From Escherichia phage vB_EcoM_OE5505, in the sequence record NC_054926.1: a stretch of DNA of 64,000 nucleotides. The stretch is one strand, 5' to 3'. Below are positions 21,201 to 39,259 of this stretch, one piece after another. The notes under the pieces are model-generated. The model had not been told where the DNA came from. It searched no databases and saw only the letters and a program-made list of their open reading frames with translations. A program made the translations under genes and the position numbers. The number at the start of each line of letters is the position of its first letter. Positions within the stretch are counted from its first letter, which is position 1.

Positions 21201-21333
21201 AATGAGTCCCCTATTTGATGCTTCTGGAACAACATTTGCGCAATTTAGGGATTTAGTTAATAAACGTCTAAAAGATAATATAGGAAATCCAAGAGACCCT
21301 GAAAATCCAACACAGGTTAAAATAGATGAATGA
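18235..21333 (+). CDS. 7: Baseplate wedge protein gp7
   Basis: 1032 aa, length and order as T4. Confidence 0.92.
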   Translation: MTVKAPSVTSLRISKLSANQVQVRWDDVGANFYYFVEIAETKTNSGENLPSNQYRWINLGYTANNSFFFDDADPLTSYIIRVATAAQDFEQSEWIYTEEFETFATNAYTFQNMIEMQLANKFIQEKFTLNNSDYVNFNNDTIMAALMNESFQFSPSYVDVSSISNFIIGENEYHEIQGSIQQVCKDINRVYLMESEGILYLFERYQPVVKVSNDKGQTWKAVKLFNDRVGYPLSKTVYYQSANTTYVLGYDKIFYGRKSTDVRWSADDVRFSSQDITFAKLGDQLHLGFDVEIFGTYATLPANVYRIAEAITCTDDYIYVVARDKVRYIKTSNAPIDSDPLSPTYSERLFEPDTMTITGNPKAVCYKMDSIGDKVFALIIGEVETLNANPRTSKIIDSADKGIYVLNHGTKTWKRVFGNTEEERRRIQPGYANMSTDGKLVSLSSSNFKFLSDNIVNDPETVVKYQLIGAVKYEFPREWLADKHYHMMAFIADEKSDWETFTPQPMKYYAEPFFNWSKKSNTRCWINNSDRAVVVYADLKYTKVIENFPETSPDRLVHEYWDDGDCTIVMPNVKFTGFKKYASGMLFYKSSGEIISYYDFNYRVRDTVEIIWKPTGVFLKAFLQNQEHETPWSPEEEHGLADPDLRPLIGTMMPDSYLLQDSNFEAFCEAYIQYLSDGYGTQYNNLRNLIRNQYPREEHAWEYLWSEIYKRNIYLNADKRDAVARFFESRSYDFYSTKGIEASYKFLFKVLYNEEVEIEIESGAGTEYDIIVQSDSLTEDLVGQTIYTATGRCNVTYIERSYSNGKLQWTVTIHNLLGRLIAGQEVKAERLPSFEGEIIRGVKGKDLLQNNIDYINRSRSYYVMKIKSNLPSSRWKSDVIRFVHPVGFGFIAITLLTMFINVGLTLKHTETIINKYKNYKWDSGLPTEYADRVAKLTPTGEIEYDSVTGEAIYEPGPMAGVEYPLPDDYNAENNNSIFQGQLPSERRKLMSPLFDASGTTFAQFRDLVNKRLKDNIGNPRDPENPTQVKIDE

Positions 21334-22330
21334 TTCAAGTGTTATCTATCGTGCGATAGTTACTTCAAAATTTAGAACAGAAAAAATGCTGAATTTTTAT
21401 AATTCAATTGGAAGTGGTCCGGATAAAAACACTATCTTTATCACATTTGGAAGATCAGAACCGTGGTCATCAAATGAAAATAAGGTGGGCTTTGCCCCAC
21501 CTTATCCAACCGATTCTGTATTAGGCGTAACTGACATGTGGACGCATATGATGGGAACAGTAAAAGTTCTTCCATCAATGCTTGATGCTGTTATTCCTCG
21601 CAGAGATTGGGGAGATACTAGATATCCGGATCCATACACATTTAGAATTAACGATATTGTAGTGTGTAACTCAGCTCCTTACAACGCTACTGAATCAGGC
21701 GCAGGCTGGTTAGTATATCGTTGTTTAGATGTTCCTGATACCGGAATGTGTTCAATAGCATCTTTAACTAATAAGGATGAATGCCTCAAATTAGGCGGAA
21801 AATGGACTCCTTCTGTTAGGTCAATGACTCCTCCTGAAGGTCGAGGAGATGCGGAAGGAACAATCGAACCTGGAGACGGATATGTTTGGGAATATCTTTT
21901 TGAGATTCCGCCCGATGTATCTATAAATAGATGCACAAATGAATATATCGTAGTTCCTTGGCCTGAGGAATTAAAAGAAGACCCAACTAGATGGGGGTAT
22001 GAAGATAATCTCACTTGGCAACAAGATGATTTTGGATTAATTTACCGGGTTAAGGCAAATACTATCCGTTTTAAAGCATATTTAGATTCAGTTTACTTTC
22101 CTGATGCTGCATTGCCAGGAAATAAAGGATTTAGACAAATATCAATAATCACAAATCCTCTTGAAGCTAAAGCTCATCCAAATGACCCAAATGTTAAAGC
22201 TGAAAAGGATTATTATGATCCAGAAGATTTAATGAGGCATTCGGGCGAAATGATTTATATGGAAAATAGGCCACCTATTATCATGGCAATGGATCAGACA
22301 GAAGAAATCAATATTCTGTTTACATTTTAA
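21326..22330 (+). CDS. 8: Baseplate wedge protein gp8
   Basis: 334 aa, length and order as T4. Confidence 0.92.
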   Translation: MNDSSVIYRAIVTSKFRTEKMLNFYNSIGSGPDKNTIFITFGRSEPWSSNENKVGFAPPYPTDSVLGVTDMWTHMMGTVKVLPSMLDAVIPRRDWGDTRYPDPYTFRINDIVVCNSAPYNATESGAGWLVYRCLDVPDTGMCSIASLTNKDECLKLGGKWTPSVRSMTPPEGRGDAEGTIEPGDGYVWEYLFEIPPDVSINRCTNEYIVVPWPEELKEDPTRWGYEDNLTWQQDDFGLIYRVKANTIRFKAYLDSVYFPDAALPGNKGFRQISIITNPLEAKAHPNDPNVKAEKDYYDPEDLMRHSGEMIYMENRPPIIMAMDQTEEINILFTF

Positions 22331-22335
22331 ATTAA

Positions 22336-22358
22336 GGGAGCCCATGGGCTCCCTTTTT
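22336..22358 (+). terminator. Rho-independent terminator after gene 8
   Basis: GGGAGCCCATGGGCTCCC hairpin followed by TTTTT. Confidence 0.65.
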
Positions 22359-22361
22359 CTT

Positions 22362-22369
22362 TATAAATA
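22362..22369 (+). promoter_or_regulatory. Late promoter TATAAATA for gene 9
   Basis: Exact TATAAATA about 25 nt upstream of gene 9 ATG. Confidence 0.6.
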
Positions 22370-22393
22370 CTATAAACTCATAAGGAAACCGCT

Positions 22394-23260
22394 ATGTTCA
22401 TTCAAGAACCAAAGAAATTGATTGATACCGGCGAAATTGGTAACGCTTCTACTGGTGATATCTTATTCGACGGTGGTAATAAAATTAATAGTGATTTTAA
22501 CGCAATTTATAATGCGTTTGGCGATCAGCGTAAAATGGCAGTAGCAAATGGCACTGGAGCAGATGGTCAAATTATCCATGCTACTGGATATTATCAAAAG
22601 CACTCTATCGCGGAGTACGCAACTCCAGTGAAAGTTGGCACTAGACATGATATTGATACCTCTACTGTAGGTGTTAAAGTTATTATTGAAAGAGGAGAAC
22701 TTGGCGATTGTGTTGAATTCATTAACTCTAATGGATCAATATCAGTTACTAATCCTTTAACGATTCAGGCTATTGATTCAATTAAAGGCGTTTCAGGTAA
22801 TTTAGTAGTAACTAGTCCATATAGTAAAGTTACTTTACGTTGTATTTCATCTGATAATTCTACGTCGGTTTGGAATTATTCTATTGAAAGTATGTTTGGT
22901 CAAAAGGAATCACCGGCCGAAGGTACATGGAATATTTCTACATCTGGGTCAGTTGACATTCCATTGTTTCATCGTACTGAATATAACATGGCTAAATTGT
23001 TAGTTACATGCCAATCAGTAGATGGAAGAAAAATTAAAACGGCAGAAATAAATATTCTTGTAGATACTGTTAATTCAGCGGTCATTTCTTCTGAATATGC
23101 TGTCATGCGGGTTGGAAATGAAACAGAAGAAGACGAAATCGCTAATATTGCATTTAGTATTAAAGAAAATTATGTAACGGCAACTATAAGTTCTTCAACT
23201 GTCGGTATGAGAGCAGCAGTTAAAGTTATCGCTACGCAGAAAATCGGGGTGGCTCAATAA
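22394..23260 (+). CDS. 9: Baseplate protein gp9 (long tail fibre socket)
   Basis: 288 aa, length and order as T4. Confidence 0.92.
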   Translation: MFIQEPKKLIDTGEIGNASTGDILFDGGNKINSDFNAIYNAFGDQRKMAVANGTGADGQIIHATGYYQKHSIAEYATPVKVGTRHDIDTSTVGVKVIIERGELGDCVEFINSNGSISVTNPLTIQAIDSIKGVSGNLVVTSPYSKVTLRCISSDNSTSVWNYSIESMFGQKESPAEGTWNISTSGSVDIPLFHRTEYNMAKLLVTCQSVDGRKIKTAEINILVDTVNSAVISSEYAVMRVGNETEEDEIANIAFSIKENYVTATISSSTVGMRAAVKVIATQKIGVAQ

Positions 23261-25065
23261 TGAAACAAAATATTAATATCGGTAATGTTGTTGATGATGG
23301 TACCGGTGACTACCTGCGTAAAGGTGGTATAAAAATAAATGAAAACTTTGATGAACTTTATTATGAACTTGGCGATGGAGATGTTCCATATTCAGCCGGT
23401 GCCTGGAAAACTTATAATGCTTCATCCGGTCAAACATTAAAAGCTAAGTGGGGAAAATCATACGCTATTAATACCTCTTCTGGAAGAGTAACTTTACAAC
23501 TTCCTAAAGGAACTGTTAATGATTATAATAAAGTAATTAGAGCTAGGGATGTATTTGCAACATGGAACATTAATCCAGTTACTTTAGTAGCTGCTTCTGG
23601 GGATACAATTAAAGGGTCGTCATCGTCAGTTGAAATTAATATTCAATTTAGTGATTTAGAGCTCGTTTATTGTGCTCCAGGACGTTGGGAATATGTCAAA
23701 AACAAACAAATTGACAAAATTATTAGTTCAGATATTAGTAATGTAGCACGTAAAGAATTTTTAGTCGAAGTTCAAGGACAAACAGACTTTTTAGATGTTT
23801 TCCGCGGAACTAGCTATAATGTTAATAACATCCGAGTAAAACACCGTGGTAATGAATTATATTACGGCGATGTATTTAGTGAAAACAGTGACTTTGGCTC
23901 TCCTGGGGAAAATGAAGGAGAATTGATTCCTCTTGATGGATTTAATATTAGGTTAAGACAGCCTTGTAATATTGGTGACACTGTTCAAATTGAAACATTT
24001 ATGGATGGTATATCACAATGGAGAAGTTCATATACAAGACGCCAAATAAAAGTATTAGATTCAAAATTAACGTCAAAAACTTCTTTAGAAGGAAGTATTT
24101 ACGTTACTGATTTATCAACAATGAAATCAATTCCATTCTCTGCATTTGGATTAATTCCTGGAGAACCTATTAATCCTAATTCTCTTGAAGTTCGTTTTAA
24201 TGGAATTTTACAACAACAAGCTGGAACAGCAGGATATCCTCTGTTTTTGTGTGAAGGTGCTAACTCAGATACGCAAGCAGGATGTATATCTCTTGGTGGT
24301 GAATGGAAAGAATCTAACACAGATTATTCTATAGAATATGAAGATGGAAAACCTGTCAGTCTTTTATTTGATAGAAAATTTGAATCAGGTGATATAATCG
24401 TTATAACATGGTTTAATAATGATTTAGGAACTCTTTTAGAAAAAGATGACATTATTGAATTAACTGATGACCGTTATGTTAGTAAAGGATCATCTACTGA
24501 AGTTACTGGGGATGTAGCCTTAACAGATTTTGATAAAATCGGTTGGCCAAATGTTGAAAAAGTTGATTCTTATACTAGAACGTATAATTCAATATCATCT
24601 ATTTTCGATAGCATTTATCCTGTAGGTTCAATTTATGAAAATGCTATAAACCCAAATAATCCGGTGACTTATATGGGGTTTGGTTCGTGGAAATTATTTG
24701 GTAAAGGACAAGTTTTAGTAGGATGGAATGATGATGTTACAGATCCAAACTTTGCATTAAACAATAATGATTTAGATTCTAGCGGAAATCCTTCACACAC
24801 TGCCGGTGGAACAGTTGGAACAACGTCAGTAACGCTTGAAAATGCAAATCTTCCTGCGACTAAAACTGACGAAAGAGTTTTAATTGAAGATGAAAATGGA
24901 TCAGTTATTATTGGAGGTTGTCAATATGACCCAGATGAAACTGGTCCTATATATACAAAATATCGTGAAGACTATGCAACAACAAACTCTTCACATACTC
25001 CTCCTACTAATATTAGTAATATTCAACCGTCTATTACTGTATACCGTTGGATAAGGATTGCATAA
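23260..25065 (+). CDS. 10: Baseplate protein gp10
   Basis: 601 aa, length and order as T4. Confidence 0.92.
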   Translation: MKQNINIGNVVDDGTGDYLRKGGIKINENFDELYYELGDGDVPYSAGAWKTYNASSGQTLKAKWGKSYAINTSSGRVTLQLPKGTVNDYNKVIRARDVFATWNINPVTLVAASGDTIKGSSSSVEINIQFSDLELVYCAPGRWEYVKNKQIDKIISSDISNVARKEFLVEVQGQTDFLDVFRGTSYNVNNIRVKHRGNELYYGDVFSENSDFGSPGENEGELIPLDGFNIRLRQPCNIGDTVQIETFMDGISQWRSSYTRRQIKVLDSKLTSKTSLEGSIYVTDLSTMKSIPFSAFGLIPGEPINPNSLEVRFNGILQQQAGTAGYPLFLCEGANSDTQAGCISLGGEWKESNTDYSIEYEDGKPVSLLFDRKFESGDIIVITWFNNDLGTLLEKDDIIELTDDRYVSKGSSTEVTGDVALTDFDKIGWPNVEKVDSYTRTYNSISSIFDSIYPVGSIYENAINPNNPVTYMGFGSWKLFGKGQVLVGWNDDVTDPNFALNNNDLDSSGNPSHTAGGTVGTTSVTLENANLPATKTDERVLIEDENGSVIIGGCQYDPDETGPIYTKYREDYATTNSSHTPPTNISNIQPSITVYRWIRIA

Positions 25066-25724
25066 TGAGTTTACTTAATAATAAAGCGGGAGTTATTTCC
25101 CGCTTAGCGGATTTTCTTGGTTTTAGAACTAAGAAAAATGATATTTCGATTATGAATAATCAGCCAGTAGGCGCTGTAACAATTTCACAAATATCAAAAG
25201 GTTTTTATGATTCAAATGTAGAATCTGCTATCAATGACGTTAGAAATATGGCAGAGCAACCGGTTGGAGCTGTATTAGTTAATATAAGCGGCGTATCTCC
25301 TACTGGCGTGCAACAAACCGACTATTGGTCATTTGAAGGAACTGTTACTGATACTTCAGTCAAATCAGGTGACCCAGTTATTGTTAACATGTTTGGTATT
25401 CCAGTTAAAGCTACTAATGGAATGACTTCAATTGAATTTACTAGTGCCGTTAGAATAGCTCTACAGGAAATGGTTGTAAAATTTATTGCAATTGATTCAT
25501 TTGAAGACCATCCTACCATAGGAAATAAAATACAAGTTAAGTATTTAGATAACCAAGAACATATCTTAGAACAATACTCTGATAAAGGAATTACTTTCAA
25601 ACAGGAAATAATTTCTCCTTCTAAACCTGGGTATGGAACTTGGCAATTATTAGGTGCGCAAACTGTTACGCTAGATAGTCACACACAACCTACAGTATTT
25701 TATTATTTTGAGAGAGTAGCATGA
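25065..25724 (+). CDS. 11: Baseplate protein gp11 (short tail fibre attachment)
   Basis: 219 aa from ATG overlapping gene 10 stop (TAATG); ORF track extends 6 codons upstream. Confidence 0.88.
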   Translation: MSLLNNKAGVISRLADFLGFRTKKNDISIMNNQPVGAVTISQISKGFYDSNVESAINDVRNMAEQPVGAVLVNISGVSPTGVQQTDYWSFEGTVTDTSVKSGDPVIVNMFGIPVKATNGMTSIEFTSAVRIALQEMVVKFIAIDSFEDHPTIGNKIQVKYLDNQEHILEQYSDKGITFKQEIISPSKPGYGTWQLLGAQTVTLDSHTQPTVFYYFERVA

Positions 25725-27271
25725 GTAACAATACATATCAGCACGTATCAAATGAATCAAAATATGTTAAATTCGATCCTACTGGATCGAATTTTCCTGG
25801 CACTGTTACGACAGTACAGTCTGCATTATCAAAAATAAGTAATATCGGCGTAAATGGTATTCCTGATGCAACTATGGAAGTTAAAGGAATAGCAATGATT
25901 GCGTCAGAGCAAGAGGTTTTAGATGGAACTAATAATTCTAAAATCGTTACACCAGCTACATTAGCAACAAGATTATTGTATCCAAATGCTACTGAAACTA
26001 AATATGGTTTAACGCGTTATTCAACAAATGAAGAAACATTAAAAGGCTCAGATAATAATTCATCAATAACACCACAAAAACTGAAATACCACACTGACGA
26101 TGTGTTCAAAAATAGATATTCGTCTGAGTCATCAAACGGGGTTATTAAAATATCATCTACACCTGCAGCTTTGGCTGGAGTTGATGATACTACTGCGATG
26201 ACTCCGCTAAAAACCCAAAAACTTGCAATAAAATTAATTTCGCAAATAGCTCCTTCAGAAGACACTGCAACAGAATCGGTGAGAGGAGTAGTTCAATTAT
26301 CTACTGTTGCACAAATTCGTCAAGGAACTCTCCGCGAAGGATATGCAATTTCCCCGTATACCTTTATGAATTCTGTTGCAACACATGAATATAAGGGTGT
26401 TATACGCCTAGGAACGCAGACTGAAATTAATAATAATTTGGGTGGTGTTGCAGTAACAGGTGAAACACTAAATGGTCGAGGAGCTACCGGTTCTATGCGT
26501 GGAGTAGTTAAATTAACGACGCAAGCCGGTATTGCCCCTGAAGGTGATAGCTCTGGAGCATTAGCATGGAACGCAGATGTAATTAATACTCGTGGTGGAC
26601 AAACTATTAATGGTTCTTTAAATTTAGACCATCTTACAGCAAATGGAATTTGGTCACGCGGTGGAATGTGGAAAAATGGCGATCAACCTGTTGCCACTGA
26701 AAGATATGCGTCCGAACGAGTTCCGGTTGGAACTATTATGATGTTTGCGGGTGATTCAGCACCTCCAGGTTGGATTATGTGTCATGGTGGAACCGTGTCA
26801 GGTGACCAATTTCCTGATTATAGAAACGTAGTTGGAACAAGATTTGGTGGCGATTGGAATAATCCTGGCGTTCCTGATATGCGGGGTCTTTTCGTCAGAG
26901 GAGCTGGCACAGGCGGTCATATTTTAAATCAACGAGGACAAGATGGTTATGGAAAGGATAGACTTGGCGTAGGATGTGACGGAATGCATGTTGGTGGTGT
27001 TCAAGCACAACAAATGTCATACCATAAACACGCCGGTGGTTGGGGGGAATATAACAGAAGTGAAGGCCCATTTGGCGCGTCTGTTTATCAAGGATATCTT
27101 GGAACTAAAAAATATGCCGACTGGGATAATGCTTCATACTTCACTAATGATGGATTTGAATTAGGCGGACCGAGAGATGCCCTTGGTACACTTAATCGTG
27201 AAGGATTAATTGGTTATGAAACTAGACCATGGAATATATCATTAAACTATATTATTAAAGTTCATTACTAA
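25721..27271 (+). CDS. 12: Short tail fibre gp12
   Basis: 516 aa, order as T4; internal repeats (RGVVQLST / RGVVKLTT). Confidence 0.9.
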   Translation: MSNNTYQHVSNESKYVKFDPTGSNFPGTVTTVQSALSKISNIGVNGIPDATMEVKGIAMIASEQEVLDGTNNSKIVTPATLATRLLYPNATETKYGLTRYSTNEETLKGSDNNSSITPQKLKYHTDDVFKNRYSSESSNGVIKISSTPAALAGVDDTTAMTPLKTQKLAIKLISQIAPSEDTATESVRGVVQLSTVAQIRQGTLREGYAISPYTFMNSVATHEYKGVIRLGTQTEINNNLGGVAVTGETLNGRGATGSMRGVVKLTTQAGIAPEGDSSGALAWNADVINTRGGQTINGSLNLDHLTANGIWSRGGMWKNGDQPVATERYASERVPVGTIMMFAGDSAPPGWIMCHGGTVSGDQFPDYRNVVGTRFGGDWNNPGVPDMRGLFVRGAGTGGHILNQRGQDGYGKDRLGVGCDGMHVGGVQAQQMSYHKHAGGWGEYNRSEGPFGASVYQGYLGTKKYADWDNASYFTNDGFELGGPRDALGTLNREGLIGYETRPWNISLNYIIKVHY

Positions 27272-27280
27272 GGATTACAA

Positions 27281-28738
27281 ATGATTGAATTAAAAGATTT
27301 ACCTTTTGTTGATAGCGTTCCTGATGAAGGTCAGGAACGTATTTCATGGATTAAAAATGGTGAAGAAATATTAGGAGCTAGTACTAAGTATGGAAATGAT
27401 GGATCAATGAATAGACCTATTGTTTCCGTGTTTAAAAATGTCGAAGTTCTTGATGAAAATGTGGGAATTCTTAAAACTGCCATTGAAACATCGCAGAAAG
27501 ATATTAAAACAATTCAAGGAGTTTTAGATGTATCAGGAGATATAGAAGTACTAGCACAGATCAGTGTTAATAAAAATGACATATCAAATTTAAAGACACT
27601 TACTAATGAACACACTGATATATTAACTGGAACTAATAATACAGTTGACAAAATTATTGCTGATATAGGTCCATTTAATGATGAAGAAAACTCTGTTTAT
27701 AGAACAATTAGAAATGATTTATTGTGGATTAAACAAGAACTAGGGCAATATTCTGGCCAAGACATTAACGGTCTTCCTGTTGTTGGTAATGCTAGCACAG
27801 GAATGAAATATAGAATAATAACAAATAGTACATTATTATCTTCACAAGGCATTCGTTTAAGTGAATTAGAAAATAAATTTACTGAATCTGACGTAGGATC
27901 ATTGACGGTTGAAGTTGGTAAATTACGCGATGAACTTGGTAATAAACCAGTAGATTTTGGACCAAATATTTATAATAGATTAAACACTATAGATGATAAA
28001 CAAACTTTAATAAATTCTGATATAGCAGAAATTAAATCTTCTATTGGATACCCAGAAAATGTTTCTATAATAACAGAAATTAATAATAACAAAAGTAGCA
28101 TTGAATCTATTAATAATGAATTAAATCAGAGTGAAGGTGTTAAACAGCGCTTAACGGCTATTGAAACTTCTATAGGTTCAGATGATATTCCTTCTAGTAT
28201 TAAAGGAAAAATTAAAAATCACACAACTTCTATTGAGTCTTTAAACGGAATTGTTGGTGAAAACACTTCGTCTGGTTTAAGAGCGAATGTTTCGTGGTTA
28301 AATCAAATTGTTGGAACTGACTCCAGCGGAGGACAACCGTCTCCTTCTGGATCTCTATTAAATAAAGTTTCAGTGCTTGAAGGAGAAGTTTCAGTTTTAA
28401 ACAATAATGTTCAAAATATACAAGTTGAAATAGGAAATAATAGAACAGGAATTAAAGGTCAAGTTATTGAACTTACTTCACTTATAAATGGAAATAATCC
28501 TGACGGATCAACTGTTGAAGAACGAGGATTAACTAATTCTATAAAAACGAATGAAACTAACATTGCGGCAGTCACGCATGAAGTAAATACAGCTAAAGAC
28601 AATATATCCTCTTTACAGAGCAGCGTTCAAGCTCTACAAGAAGCGGGTTATATTCCTGAAGCTCCAAAAGATGGCCAAGCTTACGTTCGTAAAGACGGCG
28701 AATGGGTACTACTTTCTACCTTTTTATCACCAGCATAA
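27281..28738 (+). CDS. wac: Fibritin (whisker antigen control)
   Basis: 485 aa coiled coil; C-terminal foldon [27 protein letters not shown]. Confidence 0.95.
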   Translation: MIELKDLPFVDSVPDEGQERISWIKNGEEILGASTKYGNDGSMNRPIVSVFKNVEVLDENVGILKTAIETSQKDIKTIQGVLDVSGDIEVLAQISVNKNDISNLKTLTNEHTDILTGTNNTVDKIIADIGPFNDEENSVYRTIRNDLLWIKQELGQYSGQDINGLPVVGNASTGMKYRIITNSTLLSSQGIRLSELENKFTESDVGSLTVEVGKLRDELGNKPVDFGPNIYNRLNTIDDKQTLINSDIAEIKSSIGYPENVSIITEINNNKSSIESINNELNQSEGVKQRLTAIETSIGSDDIPSSIKGKIKNHTTSIESLNGIVGENTSSGLRANVSWLNQIVGTDSSGGQPSPSGSLLNKVSVLEGEVSVLNNNVQNIQVEIGNNRTGIKGQVIELTSLINGNNPDGSTVEERGLTNSIKTNETNIAAVTHEVNTAKDNISSLQSSVQALQEAGYIPEAPKDGQAYVRKDGEWVLLSTFLSPA

Positions 28739-28769
28739 CATGGGGCCGCAAGGCCCCAAAGGATTTTAA

Positions 28770-30471
<1,702 letters not shown>

Positions 30472-30512
30472 TAAATATTATAAACTAATTAAAGCCCAGA
30501 TTAGGAGAAATC

Positions 30513-33653
<3,141 letters not shown>

Positions 33654-33681
33654 TATTAAAGCATATTAAAGAGGATTAAAA

Positions 33682-35661
33682 ATGACTTTATTATCTCCGG
33701 GCATTGAGCTCAAAGAAACTACGGTTCAAAGCACCGTGGTTAATAACTCTACTGGTACAGCAGCTTTGGCCGGTAAATTCCAGTGGGGTCCTGCTTTTCA
33801 GATTAAACAGGTTACAAACGAAGTAGATTTAGTTAATACTTTTGGTCAACCTACAGCTGAAACTGCTGACTATTTTATGTCTGCAATGAATTTCTTACAA
33901 TATGGAAATGATTTGCGAGTTGTGCGCGCTGTCGATAGAGATACCGCTAAAAACTCATCTCCGATTGCTGGTAATATTGAATACACAATTTCTACCCCAG
34001 GTAGTAACTACGCGGTTGGAGATAAAATCACGGTCAAATATGTTTCAGAAGATGTTGAAACAGAAGGTAAAATTACCGAAGTAGATGATGATGGAAAAAT
34101 TAAGAAAATTAATATTCCTACCGCAAAAATTATCGCTAAAGCAAAAGAAGTAGGTGAATATCCAGCATTAGGTTCTAATTGGACCGCGGAAATTTCTTCG
34201 TCTTCCTCTGGTTTAGCTGCAGTAATAACTCTTGGAAAAATTATTACTGATTCTGGTATTTTATTAGCTGAAATTGAAAATGCCGAAGCTGCTATGACAG
34301 CTGTTGACTTTCAGGCAAATCTCGAAAAATATGGAATTCCTGGAGTAGTAGCTCTTTATCCAGGCGAGTTGGGCGATAAAATCGAAATTGAAATCGTATC
34401 TAAAGCTGACTACGCAAAAGGTGCTTCTGCATTACTTCCAATTTATCCAGGTGGCGGAACACGCGCATCTACTGCTAAAGCGGTGTTTGGATATGGACCG
34501 CAAACTGATTCACAATACGCTATCATAGTTCGTCGCAATGATGCTATTGTTCAAAGCGTTGTTCTTTCAACAAAGCGTGGTGAAAAAGATATTTACGATA
34601 GTAACATCTATATTGATGACTTTTTCGCAAAAGGTGGTTCAGAATATATTTTCGCAACTGCGCAAAACTGGCCAGAAGGCTTCTCTGGAATTTTAACTCT
34701 GTCTGGTGGATTATCATCAAATGCTGAAGTAACAGCAGGAGATTTGATGGAAGCTTGGGACTTCTTTGCTGACCGCGAATCTGTTGACGTTCAGTTGTTT
34801 ATTGCGGGTTCTTGTGCCGGTGAATCTTTAGAAACAGCATCTACTGTCCAAAAACACGTCGTTTCAATTGGAGATGCTCGCCAAGATTGCTTAGTATTGT
34901 GCTCACCACCGCGTGAAACTGTTGTTGGAATTCCTGTAACTCGTGCTGTTGATAACTTAGTCAATTGGAGAACCGCATCAGGTTCATACACTGATAATAA
35001 CTTTAATATCAGTTCAACCTACGCAGCAATTGATGGTAACTACAAGTATCAGTATGACAAATATAATGATGTAAATCGTTGGGTTCCATTAGCAGCTGAC
35101 ATTGCTGGTTTATGCGCGAGAACTGATAACGTTTCTCAGACTTGGATGTCTCCAGCTGGTTATAATCGTGGCCAGATTCTTAACGTTATTAAACTTGCTA
35201 TTGAAACTCGTCAGGCGCAGCGCGACCGTTTATATCAAGAAGCTATCAACCCAGTAACTGGTACAGGTGGTGATGGTTACGTATTGTATGGTGATAAAAC
35301 AGCTACTTCTGTTCCTTCTCCATTTGATCATATTAACGTTCGTCGTCTGTTTAATATGTTGAAAACGAATATCGGACGTAGTTCAAAATATCGTTTGTTC
35401 GAATTAAACAACGCGTTTACTCGTTCATCATTCCGCACAGAAACTGCCCAATACTTACAGGGAATTAAAGCTCTCGGTGGAATTTATGAATATCGTGTAG
35501 TTTGCGATACAACAAATAACACTCCGTCAGTAATTGATAGAAATGAGTTTGTTGCAACATTCTACATTCAACCGGCTAGAAGCATTAACTACATTACCTT
35601 GAACTTCGTAGCAACTGCTACTGGTGCAGATTTCGATGAGTTAACTGGTCTTACAGGTTAA
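33682..35661 (+). CDS. 18: Tail sheath protein gp18
   Basis: 659 aa, length and order as T4. Confidence 0.95.
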   Translation: MTLLSPGIELKETTVQSTVVNNSTGTAALAGKFQWGPAFQIKQVTNEVDLVNTFGQPTAETADYFMSAMNFLQYGNDLRVVRAVDRDTAKNSSPIAGNIEYTISTPGSNYAVGDKITVKYVSEDVETEGKITEVDDDGKIKKINIPTAKIIAKAKEVGEYPALGSNWTAEISSSSSGLAAVITLGKIITDSGILLAEIENAEAAMTAVDFQANLEKYGIPGVVALYPGELGDKIEIEIVSKADYAKGASALLPIYPGGGTRASTAKAVFGYGPQTDSQYAIIVRRNDAIVQSVVLSTKRGEKDIYDSNIYIDDFFAKGGSEYIFATAQNWPEGFSGILTLSGGLSSNAEVTAGDLMEAWDFFADRESVDVQLFIAGSCAGESLETASTVQKHVVSIGDARQDCLVLCSPPRETVVGIPVTRAVDNLVNWRTASGSYTDNNFNISSTYAAIDGNYKYQYDKYNDVNRWVPLAADIAGLCARTDNVSQTWMSPAGYNRGQILNVIKLAIETRQAQRDRLYQEAINPVTGTGGDGYVLYGDKTATSVPSPFDHINVRRLFNMLKTNIGRSSKYRLFELNNAFTRSSFRTETAQYLQGIKALGGIYEYRVVCDTTNNTPSVIDRNEFVATFYIQPARSINYITLNFVATATGADFDELTGLTG

Positions 35662-35755
35662 TACGGTGCATTCTAAAGGCCTGTTTCGGCAGGCCATATA
35701 AATACACTATATCCTTAATTCTTTAATTCTATATGCCCTAGGTTAAACATAGGGA

Positions 35756-35763
35756 TATAAATA
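35756..35763 (+). promoter_or_regulatory. Late promoter TATAAATA for gene 19
   Basis: Exact TATAAATA 15 nt upstream of gene 19 ATG; preceded by CCCTA/TAGGG hairpin. Confidence 0.55.
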
Positions 35764-35777
35764 CTACAGAGGCTAAT

Positions 35778-36269
35778 ATGTTTGTAGATGATGTAACACG
35801 AGCGTTTGAATCTGGTGATTTTGCTCGACCTAACTTATTCCAAGTAGAAATTTCTTATCTTGGACAAAATTTTACGTTTCAATGTAAAGCCACTGCTTTA
35901 CCAGCTGGTATTGTAGAAAAAATTCCAGTCGGTTTTATGAACCGTAAAATTAACGTAGCAGGCGATCGTACATTCGATGACTGGACTGTTACAGTAATGA
36001 ACGATGAGGCACATGATGCTCGTCAGAAGTTTGTTGATTGGCAAAGCATTGCTGCTGGGCAAGGGAACGAAATTACTGGTGGAAAACCAGCAGAGTATAA
36101 AAAGAGCGCTGTTGTTCGCCAATATGCTCGTGACGCTAAAACTGTAACAAAAGAAGTTGAAATTAAAGGCCTGTGGCCTACTAACGTGGGTGAACTTCAA
36201 TTAGATTGGGATTCAAACAATGAAATCCAAACCTTTGAAGTAACTCTCGCTCTCGATTATTGGGAATAA
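35778..36269 (+). CDS. 19: Tail tube protein gp19
   Basis: 163 aa, length and order as T4. Confidence 0.95.
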   Translation: MFVDDVTRAFESGDFARPNLFQVEISYLGQNFTFQCKATALPAGIVEKIPVGFMNRKINVAGDRTFDDWTVTVMNDEAHDARQKFVDWQSIAAGQGNEITGGKPAEYKKSAVVRQYARDAKTVTKEVEIKGLWPTNVGELQLDWDSNNEIQTFEVTLALDYWE

Positions 36270-36301
36270 AATGAATGGGGAGAAATCCCCATCCTGCTTA
36301 A

Positions 36302-37926
<1,625 letters not shown>

Positions 37927-37927
<1 letters not shown>

Positions 37928-38166
37928 TGGAAGGTTTAATTGAAGCTATTAAATCAAACGACCTCGTAGCCGCTCGTAAATTATTTGCTGAAGCCATGGC
38001 TGCAAGAACGATTGATTTAATTAAAGAAGAAAAAATCGCTATCGCTCGTAATTTCTTAATCGAAGGTGAAGAACCTGACGATGAAGATGACGAAGATAGC
38101 GATGATAAAGACGACAAAAAAGACAAAAACTCTGATGAAGATGACGAAGACGAGGATGATGAATAA
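37927..38166 (+). CDS. 67: Prohead core protein gp67
   Basis: 79 aa with extreme acidic C-terminus ([29 protein letters not shown]). Confidence 0.88.
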
Positions 38167-38591
38167 TGCTTCTGATCCCTGAAACTCATGAATTAGTTCT
38201 CGAGAATGTCGAAGCACTTATTCCTGAAGCACAGGGTCGCTTTGACGAATTGTCTTCTGCTTTAAATAAAGACGATATAAATACAATTGTCGAGAATATG
38301 CTTGATGATGAAACTGATTTAGCGGTTGCATTAGCTTCTATTAATGAAAATATGCCGTTAAATGAATTTATCGTTAAACATGTTTCTGCCCGTGGTGAAA
38401 TTACTCGCACTAAAGATCGCAAAACCCGCGAACGTAATGCATTTCAAACTACCGGGTTGTCTAAAGCAAAACGTAGACAAATTGCTCGTAAAGCTACCAA
38501 AACGAAGATTGCCAATCCAGCAGGTCAATCTCGTGCTCAGCGTAAGCGTAAAAAAGCTCTTAAACGCCGTAAAGCATTAGGATTAAGCTAA
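38166..38591 (+). CDS. 68: Prohead core protein gp68
   Basis: 141 aa, basic C-terminus, between 67 and 21. Confidence 0.88.
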
Positions 38592-39229
38592 TGAATGAAC
38601 CCCAATTACTAATTGAAACTTGGGGTCAACCTGGCGAAATTATTGATGGCGTGCCAATGCTTGAATCTCATGATGGAAAAGACCTAGGTTTAAAACCCGG
38701 TTTATACATCGAAGGAATATTCATGCAAGCGGAAGTCGTCAATAGAAATAAACGTCTTTATCCAAAACGCATATTAGAAAAAGCGGTAAAAGACTATATC
38801 AATGAGCAAGTTTTAACTAAACAAGCTCTCGGAGAATTAAATCATCCTCCACGCGCTAATGTTGACCCGATGCAAGCCGCTATCATTATAGAAGATATGT
38901 GGTGGAAAGGAAATGACGTATACGGACGAGCTCGTGTTATTGAAGGTGACCACGGTCCTGGAGATAAATTAGCAGCTAATATTCGTGCCGGATGGATTCC
39001 AGGAGTTTCTTCTCGTGGATTAGGTTCATTGACTGACACAAATAAAGGTTATCGTATCGTAAACGAAGGATTCAAATTAACTGTAGGTGTTGATGCAGTA
39101 TGGGGTCCAAGTGCTCCAGATGCATGGGTAACTCCTAAGGAAATTACCGAATCACAGACGGCGGAAGCCGATACAAGTGCCGATGACGCCTATATGGCTC
39201 TCGCAGAGGCCATGAAAAAAGCGTTATAA
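38591..39229 (+). CDS. 21: Prohead core protease gp21
   Basis: 212 aa, length and order as T4. Confidence 0.93.
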   Translation: MNEPQLLIETWGQPGEIIDGVPMLESHDGKDLGLKPGLYIEGIFMQAEVVNRNKRLYPKRILEKAVKDYINEQVLTKQALGELNHPPRANVDPMQAAIIIEDMWWKGNDVYGRARVIEGDHGPGDKLAANIRAGWIPGVSSRGLGSLTDTNKGYRIVNEGFKLTVGVDAVWGPSAPDAWVTPKEITESQTAEADTSADDAYMALAEAMKKAL

Positions 39230-39232
39230 ATA
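39225..39232 (+). promoter_or_regulatory. Late promoter TATAAATA for gene 22
   Basis: Exact TATAAATA spanning gene 21 stop codon, 28 nt upstream of gene 22 ATG. Confidence 0.6.
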
Positions 39233-39259
39233 TTATTATCTAAACAACAGGACTACAAA